DNA of 64,000 nt from an uncultured Acidimicrobiia bacterium. Lineage in GTDB: Bacteria; Actinomycetota; Acidimicrobiia; Acidimicrobiales; JACDCH01. The notes beneath the pieces were generated by a model. It had not been told where the DNA came from, searched no databases, and saw only the letters and a program-made list of their open reading frames with translations. This document shows positions 55,875 to 64,000 of the stretch, one piece after another; position 1 is the stretch's first letter; the number at the start of each line of letters is the position of its first letter. Position numbers and translations under genes: made by a program. The stretch spans positions 427,543-491,542 of the forward strand of contig CAWDIH010000002.1 in NCBI GenBank assembly GCA_963802415.1, written 5' to 3'.

Positions 55875-56266
55875 TGGATGAGTACGAGATCCGGGAGCTG
55901 TGCAACGCCTTCTTCGACGCCTACCAGGACGGTCGTGTCGATGTGCTCGACCGCCTCTACGCCGACGACTGCATCGTGTGGCACAACGTCTTCGGACGGG
56001 AGACGACGCGCGACGAGAACTTGGCACGGTACGCCGACAGCTACAGCGGCCAGCGCAGGCGCACGTACAACGACCGCATCATCAACACCTTCCACGACGG
56101 GTTCGTGATCCAGTACACGCTGAACGGGGTGATGAACACGGGTCATAGGGGAGCGTTGTGGATCTGCATCGTCGCCACGTGCAAGGACGGGCGGATCACC
56201 CGCATCGACGAGTACATGGACTCGTCGAAGTTCGCCGAGTGGGCGGGTCGAGAGGGGGCGGAGTGA
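55874..56266 (+). CDS. NTF2-like (SnoaL-like) protein, paralog 2 of 3
   Basis: TGATG overlap with paralog 1. LCNAFFDAYQDGRVDVLDRLYADDCIVWHNV...RRRTYNDRIINTFHDGFVIQYTL. Confidence 0.75.
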   Translation: MDEYEIRELCNAFFDAYQDGRVDVLDRLYADDCIVWHNVFGRETTRDENLARYADSYSGQRRRTYNDRIINTFHDGFVIQYTLNGVMNTGHRGALWICIVATCKDGRITRIDEYMDSSKFAEWAGREGAE

Positions 56267-56652
56267 GGAAGGACTGGCAGACGTTCGAGCTCTGCGACCG
56301 GTTCTTCGACGCGATCGAGCAGAAAGACTACGAGCGGCTCGAATCGTGCTACGCGCCCGAGGCCGTGATCTGGCACAGCCACGACCGCCTCTACCAATCG
56401 CGCGCTGACAACCTGGCGATGTTGAAGAAGGGGATGGAGCTGCTCCCCAAGACGCGCTTCAAGGATCGCCGTGTGCGCGTCTTCGAGGGCGGCTTCGTGC
56501 AGCAGCACACGATCTACGTGACCCGGCCGGACGGGTTCGTCGGTCAAATGGAGGTCTGCTTCGTCGGCTACGTGCGCGACGGGATGATCAGTCGCGCCTA
56601 CGAGTACTTCGACACCGGCCAGATCGAGAAGTTCATCGGACCGCGGAGCTGA
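56263..56652 (+). CDS. NTF2-like (SnoaL-like) protein, paralog 3 of 3
   Basis: GTGA overlap with paralog 2. LCDRFFDAIEQKDYERLESCYAPEAVIWHS...YEYFDTGQI. Confidence 0.7.
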   Translation: MRKDWQTFELCDRFFDAIEQKDYERLESCYAPEAVIWHSHDRLYQSRADNLAMLKKGMELLPKTRFKDRRVRVFEGGFVQQHTIYVTRPDGFVGQMEVCFVGYVRDGMISRAYEYFDTGQIEKFIGPRS

Positions 56653-56654
56653 CG

Positions 56655-57821
56655 ATGGCCACGGAGCACACGGGTACGCCGGCCGAAGGTCTCGTCGAGC
56701 GTGTGCGCGCGGTCGTACCGATGATCGCGTCGACGTCGTTCGAGGCCGAGGCGCAGCGCCGGCCCCTCGACGAGGTCATTGACGCGCTCAAAGCGACCGG
56801 TGTGTTCCGCTCGTTCGTACCGGCTCGATACGGCGGCTACGAGATCGACATGTCGACGTACGTCGACATCGCGCTCGCCGTGGCGCACGCTGATCCGTCG
56901 ATGGGGTGGATCACCACCTTCTACATGGAGCACAACTGGCTGCTGACGATGTTCCCCGACGAGCTCCAGGACGAGATCTTCGGCGCGCATCCCTTCGTAC
57001 TCGCCCCCGGAACGGTCAACCCCAGCGGCCGCGCCGTTCGGGCGGACGATGGCACGTACTCACTCTCGGGTCACTGGCAGTTCGGCACCGGGATCTGCCA
57101 CGCGGACTTGGTGCTGCTGAGCGGCAAGTTCGAAGGCGACGACGCCGTACGGCTGTTCCTCGTCGAGCAGGACCAAGTGGAGGTGAAGGACACCTGGCAC
57201 GTCGACGGCATGGCGGCCACCGGCAGCCGCGACATCGTCGCCACGGACGTGTCCGTCCCACCGCAGCGGGTCTCGCTCATGCCGCCCCCGCACGCGCTCG
57301 CCCGGCCCGGAGACCCGTACCTCCTGCGCATCCCGATCCCGCCCTTCCTGTCGCTGACTGCGGCGCTGCCCGCGGTTGGCGCGGCGCAGCGAGCGCTCGA
57401 GCTCTTCGAGGAGCTGCTCTTCGGACGGATCATGTTCGGCACGAAACGGACCCAGAGTGCGCGGGTGCCGACGCAGGTCCGCCTCGCGAACCTCAGGGTC
57501 GAGGTCGATTTCGCCGAGACGCTCGTGCGTGACGTCGCAGCTCGCATGCAGGCGCATTGCGACGGAACGATCGACCTCGACTCGCTCGGCCAGCAGCACC
57601 TCCGTCTGGCGATCGCCCACATCGTGCGCCGCTGCCGTGACGTGGTGCGCGAGATCCTGGCGTCGAGCGGCGCGTCGGTGCACTACCTCGACCACGAGCT
57701 GCAGCGGCTCCACCGCGACGTCCACATGATCTGTGCCCATACGGTGTTCGACGTCGACCTCGTCGCCGAGGGGGTCGGCCGTGCCATCGTCGTCGCGCGC
57801 GAAACCAGGCGCGACGAGTGA
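56655..57821 (+). CDS. acyl-CoA-dehydrogenase-fold flavin-dependent monooxygenase (HsaA-like), second copy
   Basis: Starts 2 nt after the paralog 3 stop. RRPLDEVIDALKATGVFRSFVPARYGGYE...WHVDGMAATGSRDIVA. Confidence 0.75.
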   Translation: MATEHTGTPAEGLVERVRAVVPMIASTSFEAEAQRRPLDEVIDALKATGVFRSFVPARYGGYEIDMSTYVDIALAVAHADPSMGWITTFYMEHNWLLTMFPDELQDEIFGAHPFVLAPGTVNPSGRAVRADDGTYSLSGHWQFGTGICHADLVLLSGKFEGDDAVRLFLVEQDQVEVKDTWHVDGMAATGSRDIVATDVSVPPQRVSLMPPPHALARPGDPYLLRIPIPPFLSLTAALPAVGAAQRALELFEELLFGRIMFGTKRTQSARVPTQVRLANLRVEVDFAETLVRDVAARMQAHCDGTIDLDSLGQQHLRLAIAHIVRRCRDVVREILASSGASVHYLDHELQRLHRDVHMICAHTVFDVDLVAEGVGRAIVVARETRRDE

Positions 57822-57909
57822 AGCGTGCAGGTCAGTGTGGCAAACGACCCTTGCGGGACGGAGCGCCGGAGGCCATGGTTCCCGGAGCGAGTGGTGTGGA
57901 AGGACCGCG

Positions 57910-58107
57910 ATGAGGGTGCACGTGGACGAGACGAGGTGTGAGGGGCACGGCCGTTGCTACGACCTCGCGCCCGATCTGTTCGAGCCCGACGAGATCGGGA
58001 ACTCGCACGAGACGAATGACGGCATCGTTCCGGCGGGCCGCGAGGAGCTGGCCCGACGCGCGGTCCTGAACTGCCCCGAACGCGCGATCACGATCACGGA
58101 GGACTGA
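57910..58107 (+). CDS. small ferredoxin (P450-associated, CxxHxxC...CP type)
   Basis: 65 aa. VDETRCEGHGRCYDLAPDLF...NCPERAITI. Confidence 0.8.
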   Translation: MRVHVDETRCEGHGRCYDLAPDLFEPDEIGNSHETNDGIVPAGREELARRAVLNCPERAITITED

Positions 58108-58109
58108 GG

Positions 58110-59403
58110 ATGGCCGAACAAGACGCTCGACCGCAATCGGTCGACGAGCGGTTCGCGTCGCTCGCGGACGAGATAGACGAGGAGCCGATGGGCTTCAACA
58201 ACGAGGTCATCATCGGTCCGGTCTCGGATTTCGCAACCGACTTCGATCACACGGCCGACGAGTGGGCCGCCGACCCGTACCCGATCATCGAGGATCTCCG
58301 CGAGCGGTGCCCCATCGCACACACCGACCGCTATGGAGGCGGCTGGCTGCCGGTCGGTCACGACCAGGTGGCCGAGATCGCCTACGACACCGAGCACTTC
58401 ACGTCCCGGTCGGTGGTCATGGGCAACCACCGTCCGCCACGAGAGCTCGCGCCCGTCGGTATCGCGCCACCGATCTCGTCGGACCCGCCGTTCCACCACG
58501 GCGCCCGTCGGGTGCTGCTTCCCGCGTTCGCGCCGCCGCGCGATCACCAAGCTCGAACCGGGCACGCGCGACTACTGCGAGTCGTTGCTCGACGATCTCG
58601 AGGGACGGCCGGTCGTGGATGCCGCAGCTGACTTCGCGCAGCACATTCCGGTCCGGGTCATCGCCGACATGCTCGGGTTCCCGCCACAGGATGCAGAGCT
58701 GTTTCGTGGGTTCGTCCACAACACCCTCGAAGGGATCAACGAGCCGCTCGAGGTGCGGTTCGAGCGGATGCAGGGGTTGTTCGGCTACTTGAGCGCTCAG
58801 ATCGACGATCACCTCCGCACACCGCGTGACGACCTCACGTCCTTTCTCATCGATGCGGAGATGGACGGCGTGAAGCTCGACGCGTCCCACATCGTCGGAT
58901 CGATGGCCTTGCTGTTGCTGGCCGGCATCGACACCACCTGGAGCGCGATCGGCGCATCGATATGGCACCTCGCCAAGACGCCGGCGGACCGCAAACGGCT
59001 CGTGGCCGAGCCCGACCTGTTGCCCATCGCCATGGAGGAACTGCTGCGGGCCTACTCACCCGTGACGATGGCGCGGCTCGTCAAGGATGACATGGACTGG
59101 CACGGCTGCCCGATGAAGGCCGATGACTGGGTGCTGCTCTCCTTCCCTGCTGCGAACCGCGACCCGAGCGCCTTCGAAGACGCCGATCGCGTCATCATCG
59201 ATCGTGAGATCAATCGGCACTCGGCGTTCGGTCTCGGCGTGCACCGCTGCATCGGTTCGCATCTCGCGCGCATGGAGCTTCGTGTCGCGTTGGAGACATG
59301 GCTGGCTCGTTTCCCCTCGTTCTCGCTTGCCGACCCCGACGCAGTGACCTGGTCGCCGGGACAAGTGCGCGGTCCTCGACAGCTGCCCATCGCGGTGGGC
59401 TGA
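58110..59403 (+). pseudogene. cytochrome P450, frameshifted near 58535-58542
   Basis: The N-terminal part ends ...PPFHHGARRVLLPAFAPP. The +1 frame continues AITKLEPGTRDYCESLL...LLLAGIDTT...FGLGVHRCIGSHLA (heme Cys loop). Confidence 0.85.
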
Positions 59404-59419
59404 CCGCAGACGCCGGCGC

Positions 59420-59532
59420 CGCGCACATTGTCGACTCAGCCACGGAAACACGTCGCTGAGTCGACACAGAGTTTCGTCCTGGCGCGTCTGTGTCGACTCA
59501 GCCACCGGATCCGTGGGTCAGGCGACACAGAC
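59420..59532 (+). repeat. palindromic hairpin repeat array, locus E (2 units)
   Basis: Starts CGCGCACATTGTCGACTCAGCCAC, 17 nt after the P450 stop. One 14-nt spacer. Confidence 0.9.
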
Positions 59533-59542
59533 GCGACCCCTC

Positions 59543-59965
59543 CTACCCCAGCACGCCGAGTCCGGCTTCCGCGACTTCCATGTCCTGGCTCCAGTGCGCG
59601 CCGCTGACGCCGATCGCGCCGACGCGCGTGCCATCGATGTTGATCGGAAAGCCGCCTCCGAACACGACGAGGCGATCGATCCCCGCGGTCGCGCCGGCTG
59701 ACAGGGGCGCATCGTCCTTGATGAAGTCGAACCATCCGTCGGTGGGGAGGCCGAATCCGACGGCGGTGTACGCCTTGTCCTGCGCCACCTGCACACTGAG
59801 GAGCGCGGCACCGTCCATGCGGCTGAACGCCTTCAGCACCCCGCTCTCGTCCACGATTGCGATCACGAACGGGATGCCCATCTCGTTCGCCTTTGCTTCG
59901 GCAGCGTCGACCATGCGACGCGCGAGCTCGGTGGAGATGCTCGCCTTCGGGAACGTGTCGGCCAT
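59543..59965 (-). CDS. GlcG/HbpS-like (DUF336) heme-binding-type protein
   Basis: ARRMVDAAEAKANEMGIPFVIAIVDESG...AQDKAYTAVGF...GGFPI...GAIGVSG. GGAGG RBS before ATG 59965. Confidence 0.8.
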   Translation of the reverse strand: MADTFPKASISTELARRMVDAAEAKANEMGIPFVIAIVDESGVLKAFSRMDGAALLSVQVAQDKAYTAVGFGLPTDGWFDFIKDDAPLSAGATAGIDRLVVFGGGFPINIDGTRVGAIGVSGAHWSQDMEVAEAGLGVLG

Positions 59966-59991
59966 GCCGCCTCCTTGTCGGTCGCTGAACG

Positions 59992-60882
59992 TTACGAGAG
60001 GAACTGCTTCTCGAGCTCGCTGATCTCGGGCATTCCGATGAACTCGAGGAACTCCGCGAACCGGGGAAGCCGATCCATGATCGGGATCGGGGTCCCGGCC
60101 GCCGCGATGTCTGCGAGCGCCTGGCGGATCGACGCTGTCGCCGTGAGCAACGTGCTGATCGGATAGATGACGATGGCGAAGCCGAGATCGCGCAGCCGGT
60201 CGTAGGGGACCGGAGGGGTCTTTCCTCCTTCGGCCCAGTTGAACAGCAGAGGTACGTCGGCCAGTTCGGACGCGACCGTCTCGATCTCTTCCTCCGTCCT
60301 CGCCGCCTCCACGAAGAGCACGTCCGCCCCCGCATCGCGGTAACGGCGGGCGCGGTCGAGGGCGGCCGGGAGCCCTTCGACGGCGCGGGCGTCGGTGCGG
60401 GCGATGATGATGAACTCGGAGGACTGTCTCGCTGCGGTCGCGGCGCGGATCTTCGTGAGCATCTCGTCGGTCGGTACGACTTGTTTGCCTTCCAGGTGTC
60501 CGCACTTCTTGGGCGCGACCTGGTCCTCGAGATGGATCGCGGCGACGCCGGCCTGCTCGTACTCCTGCACGGTCCGGACCACGTTGATCGCGTTGCCATA
60601 ACCGGTGTCGGCATCGGCGATGACTGGCAACTCGCAGGCTCGAGCGATGCGGTGCGCGTTGTCGACCATCTCGCCCATCGTCACGAGGCCGACGTCGGGC
60701 CGGCCGAGCAACGACGCGGCGGTGCCGAAGCCGGTCATGTACACCGCGTCGAACCCGGCTTCCTCGACGAGGCGAGCGCCGAGCGCGTCGTACACGCCGG
60801 GCGCGAGCACCGGAGCACGGGCCGAGAGAAGCTCGCGCAACCGCCGGGGTCCGTTCGTCGCTGGGCGCAAGTAGTTCGCCAT
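59992..60882 (-). CDS. isocitrate lyase/PEP mutase superfamily protein (methylisocitrate-lyase / phosphorylmutase-like)
   Basis: PGVYDALGARLVEEAGFDAVYMTG...DADTGYGN...HLEDQVAPKKCGH. Confidence 0.8.
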   Translation of the reverse strand: MANYLRPATNGPRRLRELLSARAPVLAPGVYDALGARLVEEAGFDAVYMTGFGTAASLLGRPDVGLVTMGEMVDNAHRIARACELPVIADADTGYGNAINVVRTVQEYEQAGVAAIHLEDQVAPKKCGHLEGKQVVPTDEMLTKIRAATAARQSSEFIIIARTDARAVEGLPAALDRARRYRDAGADVLFVEAARTEEEIETVASELADVPLLFNWAEGGKTPPVPYDRLRDLGFAIVIYPISTLLTATASIRQALADIAAAGTPIPIMDRLPRFAEFLEFIGMPEISELEKQFLS

Positions 60883-60921
60883 CAGTTCTCCCGTCGAGTC
60901 GCTGTCGATGCGCAGCGCGCC

Positions 60922-61245
60922 TCAGCCGACGCGCAGCTCGCCGAGCTCGGCCCAGTCGTCCTGGTCGACGACCTGGCTGATGATGCGAGGTGTCTCGACC
61001 AGGTACGACGGTAGGTCAACGCGAGCTTGCCCGAAATGGTCGGACTGCACATGAGCCGCTCCTGCGTCGGCGTCGTGGAACGCCTCCACGAGCACGTACT
61101 CGGTCGGATCATCGACGTTGCGGGACCAGTTGAACCACAGACACCCGGGTTCGCTGCGTGTCGCGTCGGTGAACACGCGGGTTATCTCGGGCCATTGCTC
61201 CGCGTGTTCCGGGCGTACCCAGAACTTGGCGGTGATGAAGATCAT
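60922..61245 (-). CDS. antibiotic-biosynthesis-monooxygenase (ABM) domain protein
   Basis: MIFITAKFWVRPEH...EPGCLWFNWSR...YVLVEAFHDADAGAAHVQSDHF. Confidence 0.75.
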   Translation of the reverse strand: MIFITAKFWVRPEHAEQWPEITRVFTDATRSEPGCLWFNWSRNVDDPTEYVLVEAFHDADAGAAHVQSDHFGQARVDLPSYLVETPRIISQVVDQDDWAELGELRVG

Positions 61246-61355
61246 GTCGCTACTCCCCAAAGGTGTTCACGGTGGCTTCGTCGCGTTGTCGCACGAGATG
61301 CTCCTCGACGGTGTGGACGGCGACTTCTCATCTCGCTTGGAGCAGGCGCACACCT

Positions 61356-63206
61356 TCAGCGACATATCGTCAGCTTCGCCCCGGGGCTGATGGGCGAGAT
61401 CCGGATGTCGAGTGGGAGCTCGACTGAGATGGTTCCCTGGTCCCGAGGGCCGAAATACAGCGGCCCTGACGCGACGGCACCGCTCTCGAGGAGTCTGATC
61501 AACGCGGGTGTGCGGATTGCGAATCGGTCGCCCTCGTCGAGCGAGAGGTCGACGCTCGTCGTGTGCGTGGTGCAGTCGGCGTTCTCGAGTGGTCCGTCCA
61601 CTTGGGCGAGGCCGAGCCGGATCGGGAACAGAGCCTCGACGCGTGGATCGATCGCCCCGGCGTCGGGCAGCCGGCCTTCGTCCCGGAGATCGAGCAGCCA
61701 CCCGATCGTGACTTCGTCCGGCGAGAGGGGCTCGTGGAGTGGTCGCACCGACCGTGGCACGCGTTCGGCGAGGTCGGTGCGAGGGAGACCGAGGACGGTC
61801 TGCCGTTGCCCGTCGAAGTAGCGGGCATCGAACGGCGGGGAGTTGAACTCGGTGATGTTGCCAGGCACGCTCACGAGCAGCAGGGCCACGACCGGAACCA
61901 TCGCGGATCGCCATCGCCGGGCGATGGCGTCGCCGGCGAGGGCGAGGGCGGGGAGGAGCAGCACCGCCCCGATGTAGACGTAACGGCTCGCCCGGGCCTC
62001 CGCCAGCCCGAAGACCCACCGGACCTGTGCGGTGAGCGCGAACAGGACCGGGCCGCAGGCGAGGAGCGCGAGCGGCACCGATGCCCGGCGGCGGAGGTCG
62101 TCGATGGTGGATGAGCGAGCCAGCTGCCACAGCCCGACCACGAGGAGGGCGGTGAGCAGCAGGGTGACCACGGTGGTGCCACCGACCGCCCGTGCCGTGG
62201 CCACCTGGCCCTCTCGGATCCAGTCCCACACCACCGACAGCGCCGGTCGCCCGAACGGGTACCGCGCTGGATCCGCCACCGCGGTCCAGGCGAGGTAGGC
62301 GAGCGCCGGGGGCGCGGCGTGAACGAGCGCGATGCGCCAGCCCCGCCGCGAGAGCGCGGCGAGCCCGACGGCCACCACCATGAGCGGGCCGATGCCGGAC
62401 GACATGACCGCACCGACACCGGCGATCACGCCCAGCGCATCGCGACGTGTCAACGGTCCGTCGTGGTCGGCGAGCACGAGCTGTGTGAGACCGAGGAGGA
62501 TCGAGCTGAGGAGGGTGATCTGGAACGCCCAGAGGATGTTGTCCTCACCCGGCCCGAACAGCACGAGCGACCCGGCAGCAGCGGTCGCGATCCACGGACC
62601 CACACCGGCCCGCCGCATGACGACGCGCAGCATCGTCGCGACCCCGAGGTGCATGGTCACGACGAGCATCAGATAGGGCGTGAACCGAAGTCCGAACACG
62701 TTGAACATGAGTCGGAACACGACAACAGGCAGCGCGACGGGGTGGACGTCGTGCGCGCGGAAGATGTCGCCGATATCGCCGCCGTCGCGACCCGCGAAGA
62801 TCCGCAACTCGTCGTTGCGGAACCAGCGCTGTGAGCCCATGCCGAACACCAGGACCGGCCACGCGACGACGACGTAGGCGACGAACGCGGCGAGCGCCAG
62901 ACGCGCCCTCCGCACGGCGCGGCTCGCCGCGGCCGTTACGGGTTCGTCGATGCTGAGCGCTGCCACCACCGTCGATACCACCACTGGTCCGGGTTTCGAG
63001 CCACCCGCGGTGGTCGAGGTAGAAGTCAAATGTAATGCACGGCGCAGGACGGCCGTTCGGTGTGCGCGCGCCGCGGGCTTCCAAAGCGCGGCGAACTGCC
63101 CGAGAGCGCCACTCAGCCCCGCTGGCACCGTCGGCTGATCCGTCATGCACATCGCATCGCTCACGGTCCAGCGACGTGGGACCGCTCCGGATGGGACGCA
63201 TTGCAT
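61356..63206 (-). CDS. polytopic membrane protein with C-terminal soluble domain (possibly GT-C-like glycosyltransferase)
   Basis: At least 10 hydrophobic segments, then about 170 aa of non-membrane tail. The start is ambiguous: ATG 63206, 63152, 63146 or an internal GTG. No family motif recognised with certainty. Confidence 0.55.
   Translation of the reverse strand: MQCVPSGAVPRRWTVSDAMCMTDQPTVPAGLSGALGQFAALWKPAARAHRTAVLRRALHLTSTSTTAGGSKPGPVVVSTVVAALSIDEPVTAAASRAVRRARLALAAFVAYVVVAWPVLVFGMGSQRWFRNDELRIFAGRDGGDIGDIFRAHDVHPVALPVVVFRLMFNVFGLRFTPYLMLVVTMHLGVATMLRVVMRRAGVGPWIATAAAGSLVLFGPGEDNILWAFQITLLSSILLGLTQLVLADHDGPLTRRDALGVIAGVGAVMSSGIGPLMVVAVGLAALSRRGWRIALVHAAPPALAYLAWTAVADPARYPFGRPALSVVWDWIREGQVATARAVGGTTVVTLLLTALLVVGLWQLARSSTIDDLRRRASVPLALLACGPVLFALTAQVRWVFGLAEARASRYVYIGAVLLLPALALAGDAIARRWRSAMVPVVALLLVSVPGNITEFNSPPFDARYFDGQRQTVLGLPRTDLAERVPRSVRPLHEPLSPDEVTIGWLLDLRDEGRLPDAGAIDPRVEALFPIRLGLAQVDGPLENADCTTHTTSVDLSLDEGDRFAIRTPALIRLLESGAVASGPLYFGPRDQGTISVELPLDIRISPISPGAKLTICR
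63116..63184 (-). other. conserved 5' leader element, copy 2 (shared with 10837-10908)
   Basis: The reverse complement aligns with 10837-10908 at 64/70 by hand. The stem CACGTCGC/GCGATGTG retains pairing through A-U to G-C and A-U to G-U changes. Confidence 0.6.
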
Positions 63207-63301
63207 CGTGGTCGATCTCCACCTGAACCGGCCACAAGGTGACCGGTTTTTCCCTTAGCTTCGGGAGGCTGACCAAGGCCCCCAAGATTGGAGTGACAAT
63301 C

Positions 63302-64000
63302 ATGCCCGAGCGAGACGGCTACATCCCTGGCGTCCCCTGTTGGGTCGACACCACCCATCCAGACCCGGAAGCCGCGGTCTTGTTCTACCGCGACTTGTTC
63401 GGGTGGGAGTTCGAAAACACCATGCCTGAAGGGTCGGACGGCAGCTACTTCATCGGCCGTATCCGGGGCGGGGACGTGGCGGCGGTCGGGTCCATACCCG
63501 AGGGCGCCCCGTCCATCGCGATGTGGAACACGTACATCTGGGTCGAGAGTGCCGACGAAACGGCGGCGAAGGCTCGGAAGGCCGGCGGCGGGGCGACGGA
63601 GCCCTTCGACATCATGGACTCAGGGCGGATGTCGGTGCTCACTGACCCCGAAGGGGCAGCAGTCCGGGTCTGGCAGGCGGAGAAGCACCGGGGTGCGCAG
63701 GTTGTCAACGAGCACGGCTCGCTCAATTTCAACAACCTCGCCACTCGCGATCTCGACCGCGCCAAGGCGTTCTACGGCGATGTGTTCGGTTGGCAGACGC
63801 TGGCGTTGCCCGCCGGCGTGATGTGGACGCTACCCGGCTATGGCGACCACCTCGAGGAGGCCACCCCTGGCCTTCGCGAGCAGATGGCGCAGGTGGGAGC
63901 GCCGGACGGTTTCATCGACGTCGTCGCCGCCGTGAATCCGATCGCCTCTGACGACCGCACGACGTCGCCGCACTGGAGCGTCACCTTCGCGGTCGACGAT
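63302..64000 (+). CDS. VOC family protein (two glyoxalase-like modules), 3' end outside window
   Basis: Open from ATG 63302 to the window edge. PGVPCWVDT...FYRDLFGWEF...LTDPEGAAVRVWQ and FYGDVFGWQT. Not in the ORF track because no stop is reached. Confidence 0.75.
   Translation, partial: MPERDGYIPGVPCWVDTTHPDPEAAVLFYRDLFGWEFENTMPEGSDGSYFIGRIRGGDVAAVGSIPEGAPSIAMWNTYIWVESADETAAKARKAGGGATEPFDIMDSGRMSVLTDPEGAAVRVWQAEKHRGAQVVNEHGSLNFNNLATRDLDRAKAFYGDVFGWQTLALPAGVMWTLPGYGDHLEEATPGLREQMAQVGAPDGFIDVVAAVNPIASDDRTTSPHWSVTFAVDD

Noticed and set aside
1-64000. A search for prophage, integron, IS elements, tRNA or rRNA genes, or a biosynthetic gene cluster.
   Set aside because: - No integrase, transposase, capsid, terminase, PKS, NRPS or RiPP-type motifs were seen in any frame.
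- No cloverleaf-like or rRNA-like low-GC structured stretches were noticed.
- tRNA absence was judged by eye only and should be confirmed with tRNAscan-SE.

Overview
High-GC, gene-dense chromosomal segment with about 70 protein genes. It looks actinobacterial: F420/LLM-type oxidoreductases, a mycothiol-type MDMPI protein, an MMPL transporter and several leaderless-looking starts. G+C was judged by eye, not computed.

Gene content:
- Small redox, detoxification and xenobiotic enzymes dominate. There are four MDR/quinone-oxidoreductase paralogs, five VOC/glyoxalase genes (one a remnant), SDRs, an NmrA-like protein, an FMN reductase and six class I methyltransferases.
- Many one-component regulators sit beside them: 4 TetR, 3 HxlR, and one each of SoxR, LysR and ArsR-SRPBCC.
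- An aromatic/steroid-like catabolic island spans 46.3-59.4 kb. It holds Rieske alpha/beta subunits, an extradiol dioxygenase, two HsaA-like flavin monooxygenases, a decarboxylase-type amidohydrolase, hydrolases, a ferredoxin and a P450.
- I saw no rRNA, tRNA, cas genes, transposase, integrase or phage genes.

Structure not explained by ordinary genes:
1. Stacked ~47-nt palindromic hairpin repeats occupy five intergenic loci, all in one orientation and all starting with the same CGCGCACATTGTCGAC end.
2. A ~70-nt 5' leader, about 91% identical by hand alignment, is shared by two unrelated genes 52 kb apart. It can form a hairpin over the start codons.
3. About 14 single-nucleotide frameshifts interrupt 11 otherwise intact, motif-bearing genes. 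Several lie in G/C homopolymers, so assembly error must be excluded before calling them pseudogenes.
4. Several gene architectures are unusual:
   - a cytosolic diadenylate-cyclase-domain protein with an uncharacterised N-terminal region;
   - an MBL-hydrolase fused to a Coq4-like domain;
   - a translationally coupled methyltransferase and SET-domain pair;
   - an RHH plus minimal-nucleotidyltransferase pair that looks like a toxin-antitoxin module;
   - three tandem coupled NTF2-like paralogs in front of a monooxygenase, ferredoxin and P450.

All product calls rest on motif and family recognition by eye. No database search was run.
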